A stretch of 64,000 nt of DNA from Gemmatimonadota bacterium (GTDB lineage: Bacteria > Gemmatimonadota > Gemmatimonadetes > Gemmatimonadales > GWC2-71-9): assembly GCA_036679605.1 (NCBI GenBank), contig JAZDCZ010000407.1, positions 64,001 through 128,000 of the forward strand. Reading direction: 5' to 3'. The stretch's first letter is position 1. Each line of letters opens with the position of its first letter. Positions 19,923 to 29,793 of this stretch are shown here, in pieces. Both the position numbers and the translations under genes were made by a program. The notes under the pieces are model-generated. The model worked only from the letters and a program-made list of their open reading frames with translations. It was not told the origin of the DNA and searched no databases.

Positions 19923-20912
19923 GTGGATTACTACAAGACACTGGGTTTGCGGAGGGATGCTACGTCAGAGCAAATCAAGAAGGCATACCGCGCGCATGCC
20001 AAGGAATATCACCCCGACAGGAATCCTGACGACCCGTCCGCTGAGGCTAAATTCAAAAAGGCCGCAGAGGCATACGAGACCCTCTCCGATACCGAGAAAC
20101 GGAGGCGATACGATCTGGCGGGTTCGGACGGGGGTTTCCGCATAAACATCGGCGACATCTTCAGTGCGTTCCAGAGTAGACCTCGCCACCGGCGAGGTGC
20201 CAACTTGGAGACGGTCGTGGAGATTGGCATTGAGGATGTCTTGCGCGGAGTGAAGCGAAGCGTCGAAGTGTCCGGACCGACGCCCTGCGCCGCCTGCCAA
20301 GGCGCTGGCACAGGCAGCGCCTCGTCGAGGCGCTGCAACTGCTGTGGCGGTTGGGGAGAGATGGAATCTGTCGATATCATGGTGGGGAGAAAGGTGTCGC
20401 CGTGCCCAGCATGCGGGGGATCCGGCAGACAGAGCGAACGGTGCGACGCGTGCGGCGGAACTGGGTCAATCCCATCGGCGAGATCGCTCGATGTGTCCAT
20501 TCCTCCTGGCATCGCCCACGGCGCGGTGGTGAGGATAAGGGGCCACGGTGGAGCTGGCCATTTGGGCGGCTCACCAGGCGACCTCCATGTCCGTGTGTTC
20601 GTCAGGCCACACCCACTTTTCGTCAGGAAGGCCAGCGACCTATGGCAGGAGGCGGCCATGCCATTTGCCGCTGCAGCCTTGGGTGGTAGGATTGATGTGC
20701 CGACCCTCGACGAGGGCGATATGACTTTGACTATTCCGCCTAGCACACAATCAGGGCAGGTTTTTCGACTCACGGGAAAAGGTCTTCCGAGGATGCGATC
20801 CGCTGGGCGTGGCGATATGCTCGTCCGAGTGTCTGTCGCGGTCCCGACTGACCTGACAGACGAGCAACGAGCCGCCATCCAAACCCTTCGAGACTCAGGA
20901 ACTTCCAGATGA
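19923..20912 (+). CDS. dnaJ: DnaJ chaperone
   Basis: DYY..HPD J-domain, CxxCxGxG repeats, C-terminal domain. Confidence 0.92.
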   Translation: MDYYKTLGLRRDATSEQIKKAYRAHAKEYHPDRNPDDPSAEAKFKKAAEAYETLSDTEKRRRYDLAGSDGGFRINIGDIFSAFQSRPRHRRGANLETVVEIGIEDVLRGVKRSVEVSGPTPCAACQGAGTGSASSRRCNCCGGWGEMESVDIMVGRKVSPCPACGGSGRQSERCDACGGTGSIPSARSLDVSIPPGIAHGAVVRIRGHGGAGHLGGSPGDLHVRVFVRPHPLFVRKASDLWQEAAMPFAAAALGGRIDVPTLDEGDMTLTIPPSTQSGQVFRLTGKGLPRMRSAGRGDMLVRVSVAVPTDLTDEQRAAIQTLRDSGTSR

Positions 20913-21445
20913 CCGCTGGGCGCGAATCAATCAGCGGGACGAAGGATTGGTGTACACCTCCGGAGTATGTGAATGCCGTTCGAAGTGTCTTCGTCACTGG
21001 AATCGAGCTGGATCCATGTTCCAATATGCACTCGATTGTGGGAGCCGACACGAGTATCTCTTTGCCGCAGGACGGCCTTGCCGCGCTGTGGAGTGCATCG
21101 ACAGTGTATGTCAATCCGCCGTACGGCAGAGACAAGGCGAGAGGGACGACAATCAAGGACTGGCTTGCGAAGTGCAGCACTGCTGCCAAGGCTGGTTCCC
21201 AAGTTCTATCGCTTGTCCCAGTAGCAACCAACACAAGGCATTGGCGGGATCATGTGTTCACCGCGACAGGCATCTGCTTCCTGAAGGTGTCGAGGCTGAA
21301 GTTCTCGCTGGCTGGTGAGGTTGCGCCAAAGGGCGCTCCGATGGCGTGTGCCATGGTTTACTGGGGCGATACTGGATCAGGCCTTTCCCGATTCCGGACG
21401 GTGTTCGGCGAGTTCGGCGCTGTGCTGCTGTGTCCTAAAACTTGA
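20909..21445 (+). CDS. Phage-type DNA N6-adenine methyltransferase
   Basis: WCTPP, LDPC, NPPY. Confidence 0.8.
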   Translation: MTAGRESISGTKDWCTPPEYVNAVRSVFVTGIELDPCSNMHSIVGADTSISLPQDGLAALWSASTVYVNPPYGRDKARGTTIKDWLAKCSTAAKAGSQVLSLVPVATNTRHWRDHVFTATGICFLKVSRLKFSLAGEVAPKGAPMACAMVYWGDTGSGLSRFRTVFGEFGAVLLCPKT

Positions 21446-21530
21446 CAGCGAGCCAGCCGCGCGATATACAAGTGTAGCATACCCGCTGGGCCTCTGTTGC
21501 AAAGCATGCCATACTACGGCGGGTTTTTTA

Positions 21531-21656
21531 TTAGAGTGAGCGGGGATACCACCAGCCTTGTGCCGTCCAGAAATCCCGTCTGCCATCCTTCAAGGAAAGC
21601 GAACCTCCCGCAATCCTTCTGATATACTAGCTGCAAGCCACTGGGTGGTAATTGAC
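21531..21656 (+). mobile_element. Miniature non-autonomous IS200/IS605 derivative (left end + right end)
   Basis: GTGAGCGGGGA.ACCAC..GCCT.GTGCC and GGAAAGCGAACC match the left end; GCAAGCCACTGG..GTGGTAATTGAC matches the right end. Confidence 0.65.
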
Positions 21657-21706
21657 GCGCTAAGCATCCTATATTGTTCCCATGTACCCGCACTGGCGGA
21701 GGCTAA

Positions 21707-22933
21707 ATGAACATGCACAGGACAGCCAGACACATTATCGTTGCGTGCGAGGAAAGCGGACGCATCACTGGGGATAGGTCGGTGACCACCGAGGACGGCT
21801 ACATCTTTCATAGGCAGCCAGACGGTTCTTGGACGGACGGCGACATGACCTTTGGATCGCTCGACGAGATCGAGTCACAGGTGGGCATAAAACATCTCGG
21901 TCCTGGCAAGTCAGATAGAGGTTTGCAGGCGTCCATAGCCGCCAAAGTGATTGATGCTATCGGCGCTGGATTGCGATCCGCTATTGAGAGGGAGGCCATG
22001 TGGCAATCCACTCTCCATGAGAACTACGACGATGACTTCGGTCAGTGGTTGGAGTACTCGGACATGTACGGCCTCGCGCGGAAACTCGGCTTTACCACGG
22101 CTGAGGAAGCATGGAAGGCTAATCCGACAGTGCAGGGTTCCATCGACCCGCAGGATTTTAGGATCGTGCCAGATGGCGAGAGGATGGACTTGAGGGTTGA
22201 TGCCGCCTTGGGTTGGATTTGTGAGTCCTGCGGCTCTGTCATGTCGTCGGGAGAGCCGTGCGACTGTATTCGCCGCCCGGAGGCGAGGCAACCAGACTTG
22301 GCCAGAGCGGCTGGTGAAGCCTTGCTCGAAGCCGGAGGGTCGGCTGGCAGCAGCTTATCCCTCCCGATCATGGCTGCCCAGATTATCGCGTCAAACGGGT
22401 ACTTCGTCGGCGAGGTGTTCATGCCAGATATGCGGACCAACCCTAGGAACAAGGGTCGCATGGGCAACATTGTCATTGGCGGCGACAGGGGCGATGTGTG
22501 GGCGACGAGTACCCATGCTGATGAGAGGGACGGTGTGGAGGGCGTTACATTGACGGATGTGGAGTTCAGGACGACATTGGATTTTGACGGCCTTGACCAC
22601 GATGAACTCTTGGATGAGGTCAGGCAAGTCGTTGGGGAGAGTTACGACTCGATTCAGGAGGACACTTTCGTGCCGACGCGGATCGCCATACTTGCCCCAG
22701 ACGAGTCTGGCAGGCTTGTTCGCCGTTCACCAGCCAAGCCAATCCCTGTTGATTACAATGTTGATACGGAGGACATGGACCCGGAAATTTGTCCTAGGTG
22801 CAAAGGACATGGAGGTGTGTTCCCTGCCGACGAGGGTGAGAATTGCAACCTGTGTGACGGCATCGGCGAGGTGTTCAGGCACCCAGATGGCTCGTATTCA
22901 AACGAGACTGACAAGAACACATACCTATATTAG
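21707..22933 (+). CDS. Hypothetical mosaic protein with zinc-ribbon motifs
   Basis: 408 aa, acidic, CESC and CPRC..CNLC; GGAGG RBS. Confidence 0.6.
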   Translation: MNMHRTARHIIVACEESGRITGDRSVTTEDGYIFHRQPDGSWTDGDMTFGSLDEIESQVGIKHLGPGKSDRGLQASIAAKVIDAIGAGLRSAIEREAMWQSTLHENYDDDFGQWLEYSDMYGLARKLGFTTAEEAWKANPTVQGSIDPQDFRIVPDGERMDLRVDAALGWICESCGSVMSSGEPCDCIRRPEARQPDLARAAGEALLEAGGSAGSSLSLPIMAAQIIASNGYFVGEVFMPDMRTNPRNKGRMGNIVIGGDRGDVWATSTHADERDGVEGVTLTDVEFRTTLDFDGLDHDELLDEVRQVVGESYDSIQEDTFVPTRIAILAPDESGRLVRRSPAKPIPVDYNVDTEDMDPEICPRCKGHGGVFPADEGENCNLCDGIGEVFRHPDGSYSNETDKNTYLY

Positions 22934-22980
22934 GTTTTGGGCGGGGACTCTGCGAACGGTGATCCTGTTTAGGGCTTTCG

Positions 22981-23565
22981 TTACTCGCTCGCTGTCGCGG
23001 CCATTCGCTCGCGGGTTTGCTTGTCTGCTTCGGCCATCGCCGCCTCCGCACTCTCGAAAGTACCCATGTCAAGTCCATCCCACGCCGCCAGCACATCCTT
23101 CCCGGCCTCTGACAGCCCTAACTCGCCTTCGTCGAGATGACTGGCTTCTAGTGCGTCGTCGAGAATCTCTTGGTATACAGACGATGCAGCGGAGTCCTTG
23201 TCCATCGCCGTCTCTATGCCTCTGAGATCCTGCGGACGCACGACGGCGTTCACGCCGCTGTTCTGTTTCACAGCGCGAATGCGGGACACGATCATCACTT
23301 CTTTGGACACAATGTTGAGCTGTCGCCCGATCATGAGTTCCTCTGTGGTGGTCAGGTCGAATTGTTGCGCCAGCGTCCGCCGAAGTTCTGCGGAGGTGGT
23401 TTTCGCTCCCCTGTCAAATGTCTCTTGCTTTTTCTTGGCTAGCTTGATCGCTTTTTTTTCCAGCGTCTTTCGCCTGTTTTCGGCCATCAGCTCCGCCTTC
23501 CGCAGCTCCTTGAGATCCATCTTGCCGAGCGGTTTTTGTTTCCTCTCAAATATATTCAGTCCCAT
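22981..23565 (-). CDS. ESCRT-III/Snf7(CdvB)-like coiled-coil protein
   Basis: Amphipathic MGLNIF start, basic helical hairpin, acidic C-terminus, 194 aa. Confidence 0.55.
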   Translation of the reverse strand: MGLNIFERKQKPLGKMDLKELRKAELMAENRRKTLEKKAIKLAKKKQETFDRGAKTTSAELRRTLAQQFDLTTTEELMIGRQLNIVSKEVMIVSRIRAVKQNSGVNAVVRPQDLRGIETAMDKDSAASSVYQEILDDALEASHLDEGELGLSEAGKDVLAAWDGLDMGTFESAEAAMAEADKQTRERMAATASE

Positions 23566-23568
23566 GTC

Positions 23569-23952
23569 TTATTCTCCCACTGGTATATACACATACGCCG
23601 TGCTATCCCCGCGCCATCCCGCACCGGGAAAGTCGATTGCTGCGTATATGATTGTCTCATTGCAAAGCCGCATCTCCGCCGTCATCGCATCCACCGCCCG
23701 GCGATTGGCTGTCCTGCATATCGTATCTAGTGTGGCCTCGCAGCCTATAATTTCCCTGCGTTCTCTCGCCGTCTCGTCATCTGTCAGCGACCGCACGGTT
23801 CCGCGTCTACTTGTGCCGCACGGCACCACGGTCGCCACCTTCGCAAGAGCCTCGCCAGTTGCCCACCGTGGGAACTTGCCACCACCGGCCAAGCTGCGGG
23901 CATACACAGTCAGGTCGCCATCGACGCTTTCAACTCTGTGTATAGTCCACAT
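23569..23952 (-). CDS. Hypothetical protein
   Basis: Tightly packed in operon. Confidence 0.55.
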   Translation of the reverse strand: MWTIHRVESVDGDLTVYARSLAGGGKFPRWATGEALAKVATVVPCGTSRRGTVRSLTDDETARERREIIGCEATLDTICRTANRRAVDAMTAEMRLCNETIIYAAIDFPGAGWRGDSTAYVYIPVGE

Positions 23953-23954
23953 GA

Positions 23955-24794
23955 TCAGAATCTCGCTATCGCATCAGACGCGGCCATGTCCCGCGCCGTC
24001 ATCCGTTTCTTCGGACCTGACATCTGTGCGTATATCCGAGTACTCTCGACGGAGTCGTGTCCCAGCCTATCCTGTATGTCCGACATCTCAAATCCGCCCT
24101 CCACCATGTGGACCGCCAGTGAATGGCGCAGCGAGTGGATTCGGCTCCATCTGTACTCGTTTGGGTTGTATGACGGGCACCGCCTCGCAACACGCTGGAA
24201 TCTACGCAGGATGGTCTTGGAACAGGCCTGTCCGCTATCCTGCCCAGGAAACACCCAAGGGCTGTCAATGTCCAGACCCTCGCGGCTTTCACACCAGTCG
24301 CGCAGAGCTCGCATTGTGCCATTGTCCAGCACGACATCGTGTACCATGCGGGTCGCTATCTCGTTACGGATGCGTCGGCGTTTTTTGACGCGGGTGACGC
24401 GGATAACCTCCGCCCGACCCGTGCGCCGCCCTTTTGGACTCCAACCCAAATCCTGCCATTGCAGGAGGGTATATTCCGCTGCGCGCAGTCCGCACAGATA
24501 ACCGACAGCCATGAGCGCGTATTCCTGCGGCGTTTCGCACGCTTTTTTCAGCTCCTGCATCATCGACCGTGTGAACCATCGGTCGGGCGAAAGACTTTCC
24601 CGCGGCTTGTCTGTCCGGGTCAGCCCAGCGTCCGGAACGAGTCTCCGTACGATTGCCAAGGCTTCCGTAATTGGCAGGTCGAGCGCTGGGGAGATGGCGT
24701 CGGCGAGTCCTTGCCCGACGATACGGACAAGGATACGGCGTCTGGTGTTCGGCGTCAACACCGCCAACCCCATAATATCGTCAAGCGTTTCCAT
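23955..24794 (-). CDS. Tyrosine recombinase/integrase
   Basis: GLRAAE, HSLRH, LGH..STRIY catalytic set. Confidence 0.9.
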   Translation of the reverse strand: METLDDIMGLAVLTPNTRRRILVRIVGQGLADAISPALDLPITEALAIVRRLVPDAGLTRTDKPRESLSPDRWFTRSMMQELKKACETPQEYALMAVGYLCGLRAAEYTLLQWQDLGWSPKGRRTGRAEVIRVTRVKKRRRIRNEIATRMVHDVVLDNGTMRALRDWCESREGLDIDSPWVFPGQDSGQACSKTILRRFQRVARRCPSYNPNEYRWSRIHSLRHSLAVHMVEGGFEMSDIQDRLGHDSVESTRIYAQMSGPKKRMTARDMAASDAIARF

Positions 24795-25744
24795 TACGCC
24801 GTGTCCTTAGCTTTGGATTCGGTTTCGGTGTCGCTTGATTCATCCGACAGATCATTGCCTTCGAACACTTCAAACTCGGCCATCGCTTCCGCGTCCGCCG
24901 CGTCTGGCTCCGCCGTTTCGGTTGCTTTGGCGGGCTCGTCGGCCTCAAACTCAGCCATACAGGCCTCGGCTTCTTCATCCAAGTAATCGAACTCGACCGA
25001 CTCGGCTGCGTCCGCCGCCGCGTCCGCCGCTTCGATGGCCAACTCCGCTTCGACCTGATTATCGACAATATCCTCGGTGTCCGGCAGCCCAGAAGTCCCG
25101 GCAAGCCTCATCATTTTACGGGTGTGCAGAAAATCCTCGCATCGGTATATTTGCCGTCCTGCGAATTGCACCGTCGAGTTCTCGCGCGAGATGTCTTTCC
25201 TGAGTGCGGCTAAGCGACCTGCGAGACGTCTCTTGATGTTTGTGCTTTTCTCGGCTTTCCCATCGCGGATGATGTCCTTTTCTTGCTTCTCGAGTTCGTC
25301 CAGCTTCTCGCGGGCGTCGTCCTTCGTCGCACGGAGCTTCCCGAGTGCGTCGCGGACCCTCTCCTCTTTCTCGATCTCGGCGATCTCGCGCCGGTAACTT
25401 TTTGACGCGGCGTATTTTATGTAATGTCCAAGGCCGGGTCCTGGAGCCGTCGGGGGTGGTTCGATATCCAAACCCTGCTGCTGCTTGACATATTCGACAT
25501 AGTCGTCGAATCGTTCCATCATGTCGCGGAGATCTTCGGTGTCAAGTTCTTTGAAGTGCACAGGCGGCGATCCACTGGCGAGTCGATACCGCAGCCCTTT
25601 CTTCCAGTAGTTCATGCCCCAGCCTGGCGGTTGCCAGACGATTCCGCCACTCTCGACCACGGTCTTGATGTCCGAGAGTTTCCTGTAGAGTATCCTTTCG
25701 GCCGCAGCCAACCTGTCAAGATGCGTTTCCTTCGGTACAGCCAT
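24794..25744 (-). CDS. ESCRT-III/Snf7-like coiled-coil protein with N-terminal extension
   Basis: Shares G....S...RR.LA pattern with 22981-23565; very acidic tail. Confidence 0.5.
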   Translation of the reverse strand: MAVPKETHLDRLAAAERILYRKLSDIKTVVESGGIVWQPPGWGMNYWKKGLRYRLASGSPPVHFKELDTEDLRDMMERFDDYVEYVKQQQGLDIEPPPTAPGPGLGHYIKYAASKSYRREIAEIEKEERVRDALGKLRATKDDAREKLDELEKQEKDIIRDGKAEKSTNIKRRLAGRLAALRKDISRENSTVQFAGRQIYRCEDFLHTRKMMRLAGTSGLPDTEDIVDNQVEAELAIEAADAAADAAESVEFDYLDEEAEACMAEFEADEPAKATETAEPDAADAEAMAEFEVFEGNDLSDESSDTETESKAKDTA

Positions 25745-26023
25745 ATCTTTTCCTTTCTGCCAGGTGTCCGTCTACAACGGTTTCCATCCACTCTATCTTA
25801 CACTATGCAGGCTCCAGAATCAAGGGGACATTGTTCCTTGTCCTTTTTGCCTGTCCCTTTTCCATTATGAGAGGTGGAGGATTGCCTACGGAAGTTCTAC
25901 TGTTATCGGGTGTCGCGACCGGGCGGCTCCCTCCGGGCCAGAGTTCATTGCCCCCGCTCGCTCCGACTGCCCTAGCGACTTGATTGTTCGGGGCCGCTAG
26001 TCCCTAACCCCCTGCGGGGGTAC

Positions 26024-26857
26024 CTATGCTTTATTATACCGGACGATGTCAATGCCACGATCAGTGATATTTTTCCGTCCGGAGCGGCTGGCCCAGACGG
26101 TGTCCATGCCGGATTCCGGCATGATGTCTGGCTCGAGCATGGTTTTTTTGATGCCGAGGACGCGTTTGGATCTCGGCGCCAAACCTAAATGGGATGCACA
26201 TGACTTCATGCACCAGTAGCTGAACTCCGAGCAGCACAGGGAATCAAAGTTGGTGAAGTCGAAGTCGAAGTCGTAGGGCGTGCCGATACGGCTTATCGCC
26301 CTTTCGAGAACCGATGGCAGTATTTCCTCGCGGGCGACCCCCTCGCCCTCCTGTAGCCGAGTGTAAATCTCTAGCTCGTCCGGCGTGAACTGGGAGACGG
26401 GAATAAGGGATTCCGAGGAAATGTCGGATTTCCGGACGATGTCTGGTAGCCGAAGTATCGCCATGCGATCCGTCCTACAGAAATCCAGTAGATCTTCGCA
26501 GAGGACGCCCTCTGCCTTCGCATGAACAACCATCTGTGGACCAGGCTCAAAGAGTGCTTCGGCATCGATGCCTTCGGCCTGTTTGAGGTCGTCTATTGTC
26601 AGACGGCCCACATATGTTCCGGCGTGGCTGAAGAATCCCGGTATGAAATGGCCGTCTAGGTAATCGACATACCCGCGCAGCAGAACATCACCTGGCTGCA
26701 CGACATCCATCGCCTCGCGGCAGTCGATGCCCCGTACTTGATATCCCCTCGGTGCGTAGATTAGGAACATTGGCCACCTATAGACCTTGATATCGCCGAA
26801 TATGGTCAATAGCTTGCCCAGCAACGACTTATGGTATTTCATTTTTTTCTCGGCCAT
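26024..26857 (-). CDS. Permuted papain-like NlpC/P60 (YiiX/YebB) enzyme
   Basis: PGDVLLR, FSHAG, PYDFDF..CCSE; AGGAGG RBS. Confidence 0.8.
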   Translation of the reverse strand: MAEKKMKYHKSLLGKLLTIFGDIKVYRWPMFLIYAPRGYQVRGIDCREAMDVVQPGDVLLRGYVDYLDGHFIPGFFSHAGTYVGRLTIDDLKQAEGIDAEALFEPGPQMVVHAKAEGVLCEDLLDFCRTDRMAILRLPDIVRKSDISSESLIPVSQFTPDELEIYTRLQEGEGVAREEILPSVLERAISRIGTPYDFDFDFTNFDSLCCSEFSYWCMKSCASHLGLAPRSKRVLGIKKTMLEPDIMPESGMDTVWASRSGRKNITDRGIDIVRYNKA

Positions 26858-26928
26858 GGTGCCTCCTTTTATCGTGTTGACGAGCCGCAAACAAAATTAA
26901 GGGCTAAAATAGAGGACTGGAGGTATGT

Positions 26929-27201
26929 GTGAAATCTATATTCGTGATAGCGGCCATAGTATTCCTGGCTGAGGCGGGTTGTATGCTGCGGTCCGCAGCT
27001 CTTGTCACGCAGCACGGGAAGTTGGCTGTGTTCCTTGGGACGATGGTTGGCACGGCTATCGCCGCCGTCATTGGTGTGTATTTCGGGGAATGGGCGGACA
27101 AGGCACTTCCGCATGGGATGGTGCATTGGATCGCAGGGCTGGTCCTCGCCGCCGTCGGCGCGTGGGTGATAGTTGAACACTACATTGGTGGTTCACATTA
27201 G
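26929..27201 (+). CDS. TMEM165/GDT1-like single-repeat membrane protein
   Basis: IVFLAEAG (degenerate ExGDKT), VFLGT, three TM segments. Confidence 0.55.
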   Translation: MKSIFVIAAIVFLAEAGCMLRSAALVTQHGKLAVFLGTMVGTAIAAVIGVYFGEWADKALPHGMVHWIAGLVLAAVGAWVIVEHYIGGSH

Positions 27202-27211
27202 GGCGGGTTAT

Positions 27212-28579
27212 ATGGAAGAGTTCTTGGACTTGCCGCACGACGAGTTGGAGAGATTAAATCTGAAGGCCAAGCGGCTAAGGATTGCCGAGCCGACGAAGGC
27301 GGAGTCGGCGTATAGAGAATGGCTGAAGACTGAGAGAAAAATCAAGGCGGTGACAGTGTGCTTCTCGGACATCGAAGGCCGCCTCCACATGCTTGATTAT
27401 GACAAAAAATGGCTTCTGGCTCATGGTGACGCCCTGACATTTGACGGGTCGTCCATACAGGGATTCAGCGAACTGGGCGAATCTGATTTACGGTTAGAGT
27501 TGGATTGGCCCGCTTTCTATAGGCTGCCTGCGAGCGTGTTTAGGGCTGGCAAGGCGCTTGTGTTCGCCATTGTCCGCAACAGGGACGGATCGCCGTACCC
27601 AATGGATTTCAGAGGCAGGCTCGCAGACATGGATTTGGACGGACGCACCGTGTCCGCAGCTATGGAAATAGAGGGGTTCTTGTTCGACGGTGTGAACGCC
27701 GAGCAAACGTACTCAGGTGAGTTCTGGCCGTCGTCCTCCAAAGGTTACTGCCATTCGCTCCCCGGGGATTTGTTGCGTCAGTTCATGGATCGCGCGGCCG
27801 AGACGCATAGGGCGCTAGGTTTCGAGAACGAGAAGGATCATCCGGAAGTGGCTCCGGCGCAGTTTGAGATGAACTGGTCGCACACTGAGATGGCGATCGC
27901 TGCGGATCAAGTGCAGCTTTATAAGCTCGTGTGCCGGCAGGTGGCTAGCCAAATGGGGTGTACAGCGTGCTTCCTGCCCAAGCCAATCGCCGGGGTGAAT
28001 GGGAGCGGAATGCACACTAATCTGTCCGTCTCGGACTTGGGTGGAGAGAATCTTTTTCACGATCCATCGGCGGATGACGGACTGAGTGCGCTAGCTGTCT
28101 CGTTCGCCGATGGTATCTTAGCCCGCGCCAATGATATATGTCTGATCCTGAATCCCAGTGTGAACGCGTATAGGCGACTTGATCCGAACTATGAGGCGTC
28201 GAATCAGATAAGACGATCGTCCATCGATCGTGGGGCGATGATACGGGTACCCCTAGCTGAGCCGTCATCGGCTCGCATAGAAGTCAGATCCGTATCACCC
28301 GACGCGAACCCGTACATGCTGCTGTATGCGCTGGTCGGCTGCGGCATTTCGGGAAGCATGCCCCTCCGCGAAGGTAAAATTCTCCATGCCGACATACACT
28401 CGGCCATGGATGGATTCTCGGCGGATGACATTATAGGTGTCGATGAGGCGGCCAAATATGTCGCCCTCAAGAGGGCGACAGCCAGTCGCAGCCCGATGAA
28501 ATTAGGATCGCGGGTGAAGGTGTCTGAGGTAATCTTCCACCACGAAGTTACCAATCAGTCCCTGTGGAGCGATTTCTGA
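27212..28579 (+). CDS. Glutamine synthetase family protein
   Basis: FDGSSI, HPEVAPAQFE, PKPIAGVNGSGMH, NAYRRL, RIEVR. Confidence 0.9.
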   Translation: MEEFLDLPHDELERLNLKAKRLRIAEPTKAESAYREWLKTERKIKAVTVCFSDIEGRLHMLDYDKKWLLAHGDALTFDGSSIQGFSELGESDLRLELDWPAFYRLPASVFRAGKALVFAIVRNRDGSPYPMDFRGRLADMDLDGRTVSAAMEIEGFLFDGVNAEQTYSGEFWPSSSKGYCHSLPGDLLRQFMDRAAETHRALGFENEKDHPEVAPAQFEMNWSHTEMAIAADQVQLYKLVCRQVASQMGCTACFLPKPIAGVNGSGMHTNLSVSDLGGENLFHDPSADDGLSALAVSFADGILARANDICLILNPSVNAYRRLDPNYEASNQIRRSSIDRGAMIRVPLAEPSSARIEVRSVSPDANPYMLLYALVGCGISGSMPLREGKILHADIHSAMDGFSADDIIGVDEAAKYVALKRATASRSPMKLGSRVKVSEVIFHHEVTNQSLWSDF

Positions 28580-28655
28580 TCGAGGAACGCCCTCTAACAC
28601 TCATATGCGGCATTGCATATTGTCTTTCCTCGTGCGGTGTTTCGGAGGATTGTAT

Positions 28656-29429
28656 ATGGTGCATCCGTGGCATGACGCTGATTGGTGGGATATGTACACC
28701 CCAGAGCTGGATAAGGATCGTACGCGATACGACCGTGCCATCATTGCTATGGCTGGCCTAGCCGATCGTCTGCACACTGCGATCCTTTCCTGCCAGTATA
28801 CGGATATCAACGGAATAATGGACGAATTCTTGCGGGTGCAGGACGAATATGCTGACCTCGGCGCGGCCGACAGTGAGTCGTCTATGGCAATGGCTAAGGT
28901 CGTGGAGGAGTCGAATCCATCGCTTGACGAGATAGCAGGGAAGGTGCGGTGGTGGGGCATCGTGGACAGGATTGCTAGCGCACTCAAGACCAGCTCGCCA
29001 TCCATAGACGCTTACCACGGAACAGTGTGGAACCTGTTGACAGGTGATTGGTTTGAGAAGTTGGATCCGTTGGAGGCGTGCAGGGCATTGGAATTCAGCG
29101 AGGACATGTACACCGCCCGTGGGCGGTGTTTGGACGCCAGAGATTTCGACAAAGGCGAGGTCGAGGTGGTGTTCCGTGCGAAAATAGAACTAGGCCGCGC
29201 TGAGAGGCATGGCGATGAGATATGGGTCCTTCGTCCCGACGCGGTATCTGAGACGCAGGCTAGGGCAATCGTTGGTGATGACCAATGGACGGGTTGGATG
29301 GATCCGGCCGACCTTTGGTGCTATCTGCTGAAGCTTAATGGGCTGTTGCCCCAAGGCGACGAGATCGCGATCATTCTGCTGGCAGCCGCAGATAGACTGG
29401 GGGATGGGCATGCGAATCTTCATACTTGA
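28656..29429 (+). CDS. Hypothetical protein
   Basis: Long acidic ORF; start uncertain. Confidence 0.55.
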   Translation: MVHPWHDADWWDMYTPELDKDRTRYDRAIIAMAGLADRLHTAILSCQYTDINGIMDEFLRVQDEYADLGAADSESSMAMAKVVEESNPSLDEIAGKVRWWGIVDRIASALKTSSPSIDAYHGTVWNLLTGDWFEKLDPLEACRALEFSEDMYTARGRCLDARDFDKGEVEVVFRAKIELGRAERHGDEIWVLRPDAVSETQARAIVGDDQWTGWMDPADLWCYLLKLNGLLPQGDEIAIILLAAADRLGDGHANLHT

Positions 29430-29793
29430 GGATAACAGCCGGCGCGTCGTGAAGTTCAGGCGGGAACTCATCGGCAACATTGTGGATCACGCCGAGACAT
29501 TGGATGTCGGTCGCAAGATGATACACGAGAACGAGTATGATCTTATTTTTTTAGATCATGATTTGGGCGGCAAGGAGATGGTCGATTCTGTGGATGAGGA
29601 CACAGGCTACCACCTCGCTCTCTTCATAGCCGATGATGACGCAAACAGAGATACGCTGTGCGTCGTCCATTCATGCAACCCAGCCGGAGCTGATAATATC
29701 GTTACCATCCTTCCGCACGCTGTTAAAGTACCGTTTCCCTCTCTGGATATCGCTGCAGCCGTCCGCTGGGCGGAGGGGAGCGGAAGTGAGTAA
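29410..29793 (+). CDS. Cyclic-phosphate-processing receiver-like domain protein
   Basis: IFILED, LDHDLGG, TGY, VHSCNPAG. Confidence 0.8.
   Translation: MRIFILEDNSRRVVKFRRELIGNIVDHAETLDVGRKMIHENEYDLIFLDHDLGGKEMVDSVDEDTGYHLALFIADDDANRDTLCVVHSCNPAGADNIVTILPHAVKVPFPSLDIAAAVRWAEGSGSE

Noticed and set aside
23198..24388. 396-aa plus-strand ORF
   Set aside because: Antisense to motif-bearing genes; no recognisable features.
23955..24794. Invertible DNA controlled by the recombinase
   Set aside because: No flanking inverted repeats or att sites identified by eye.
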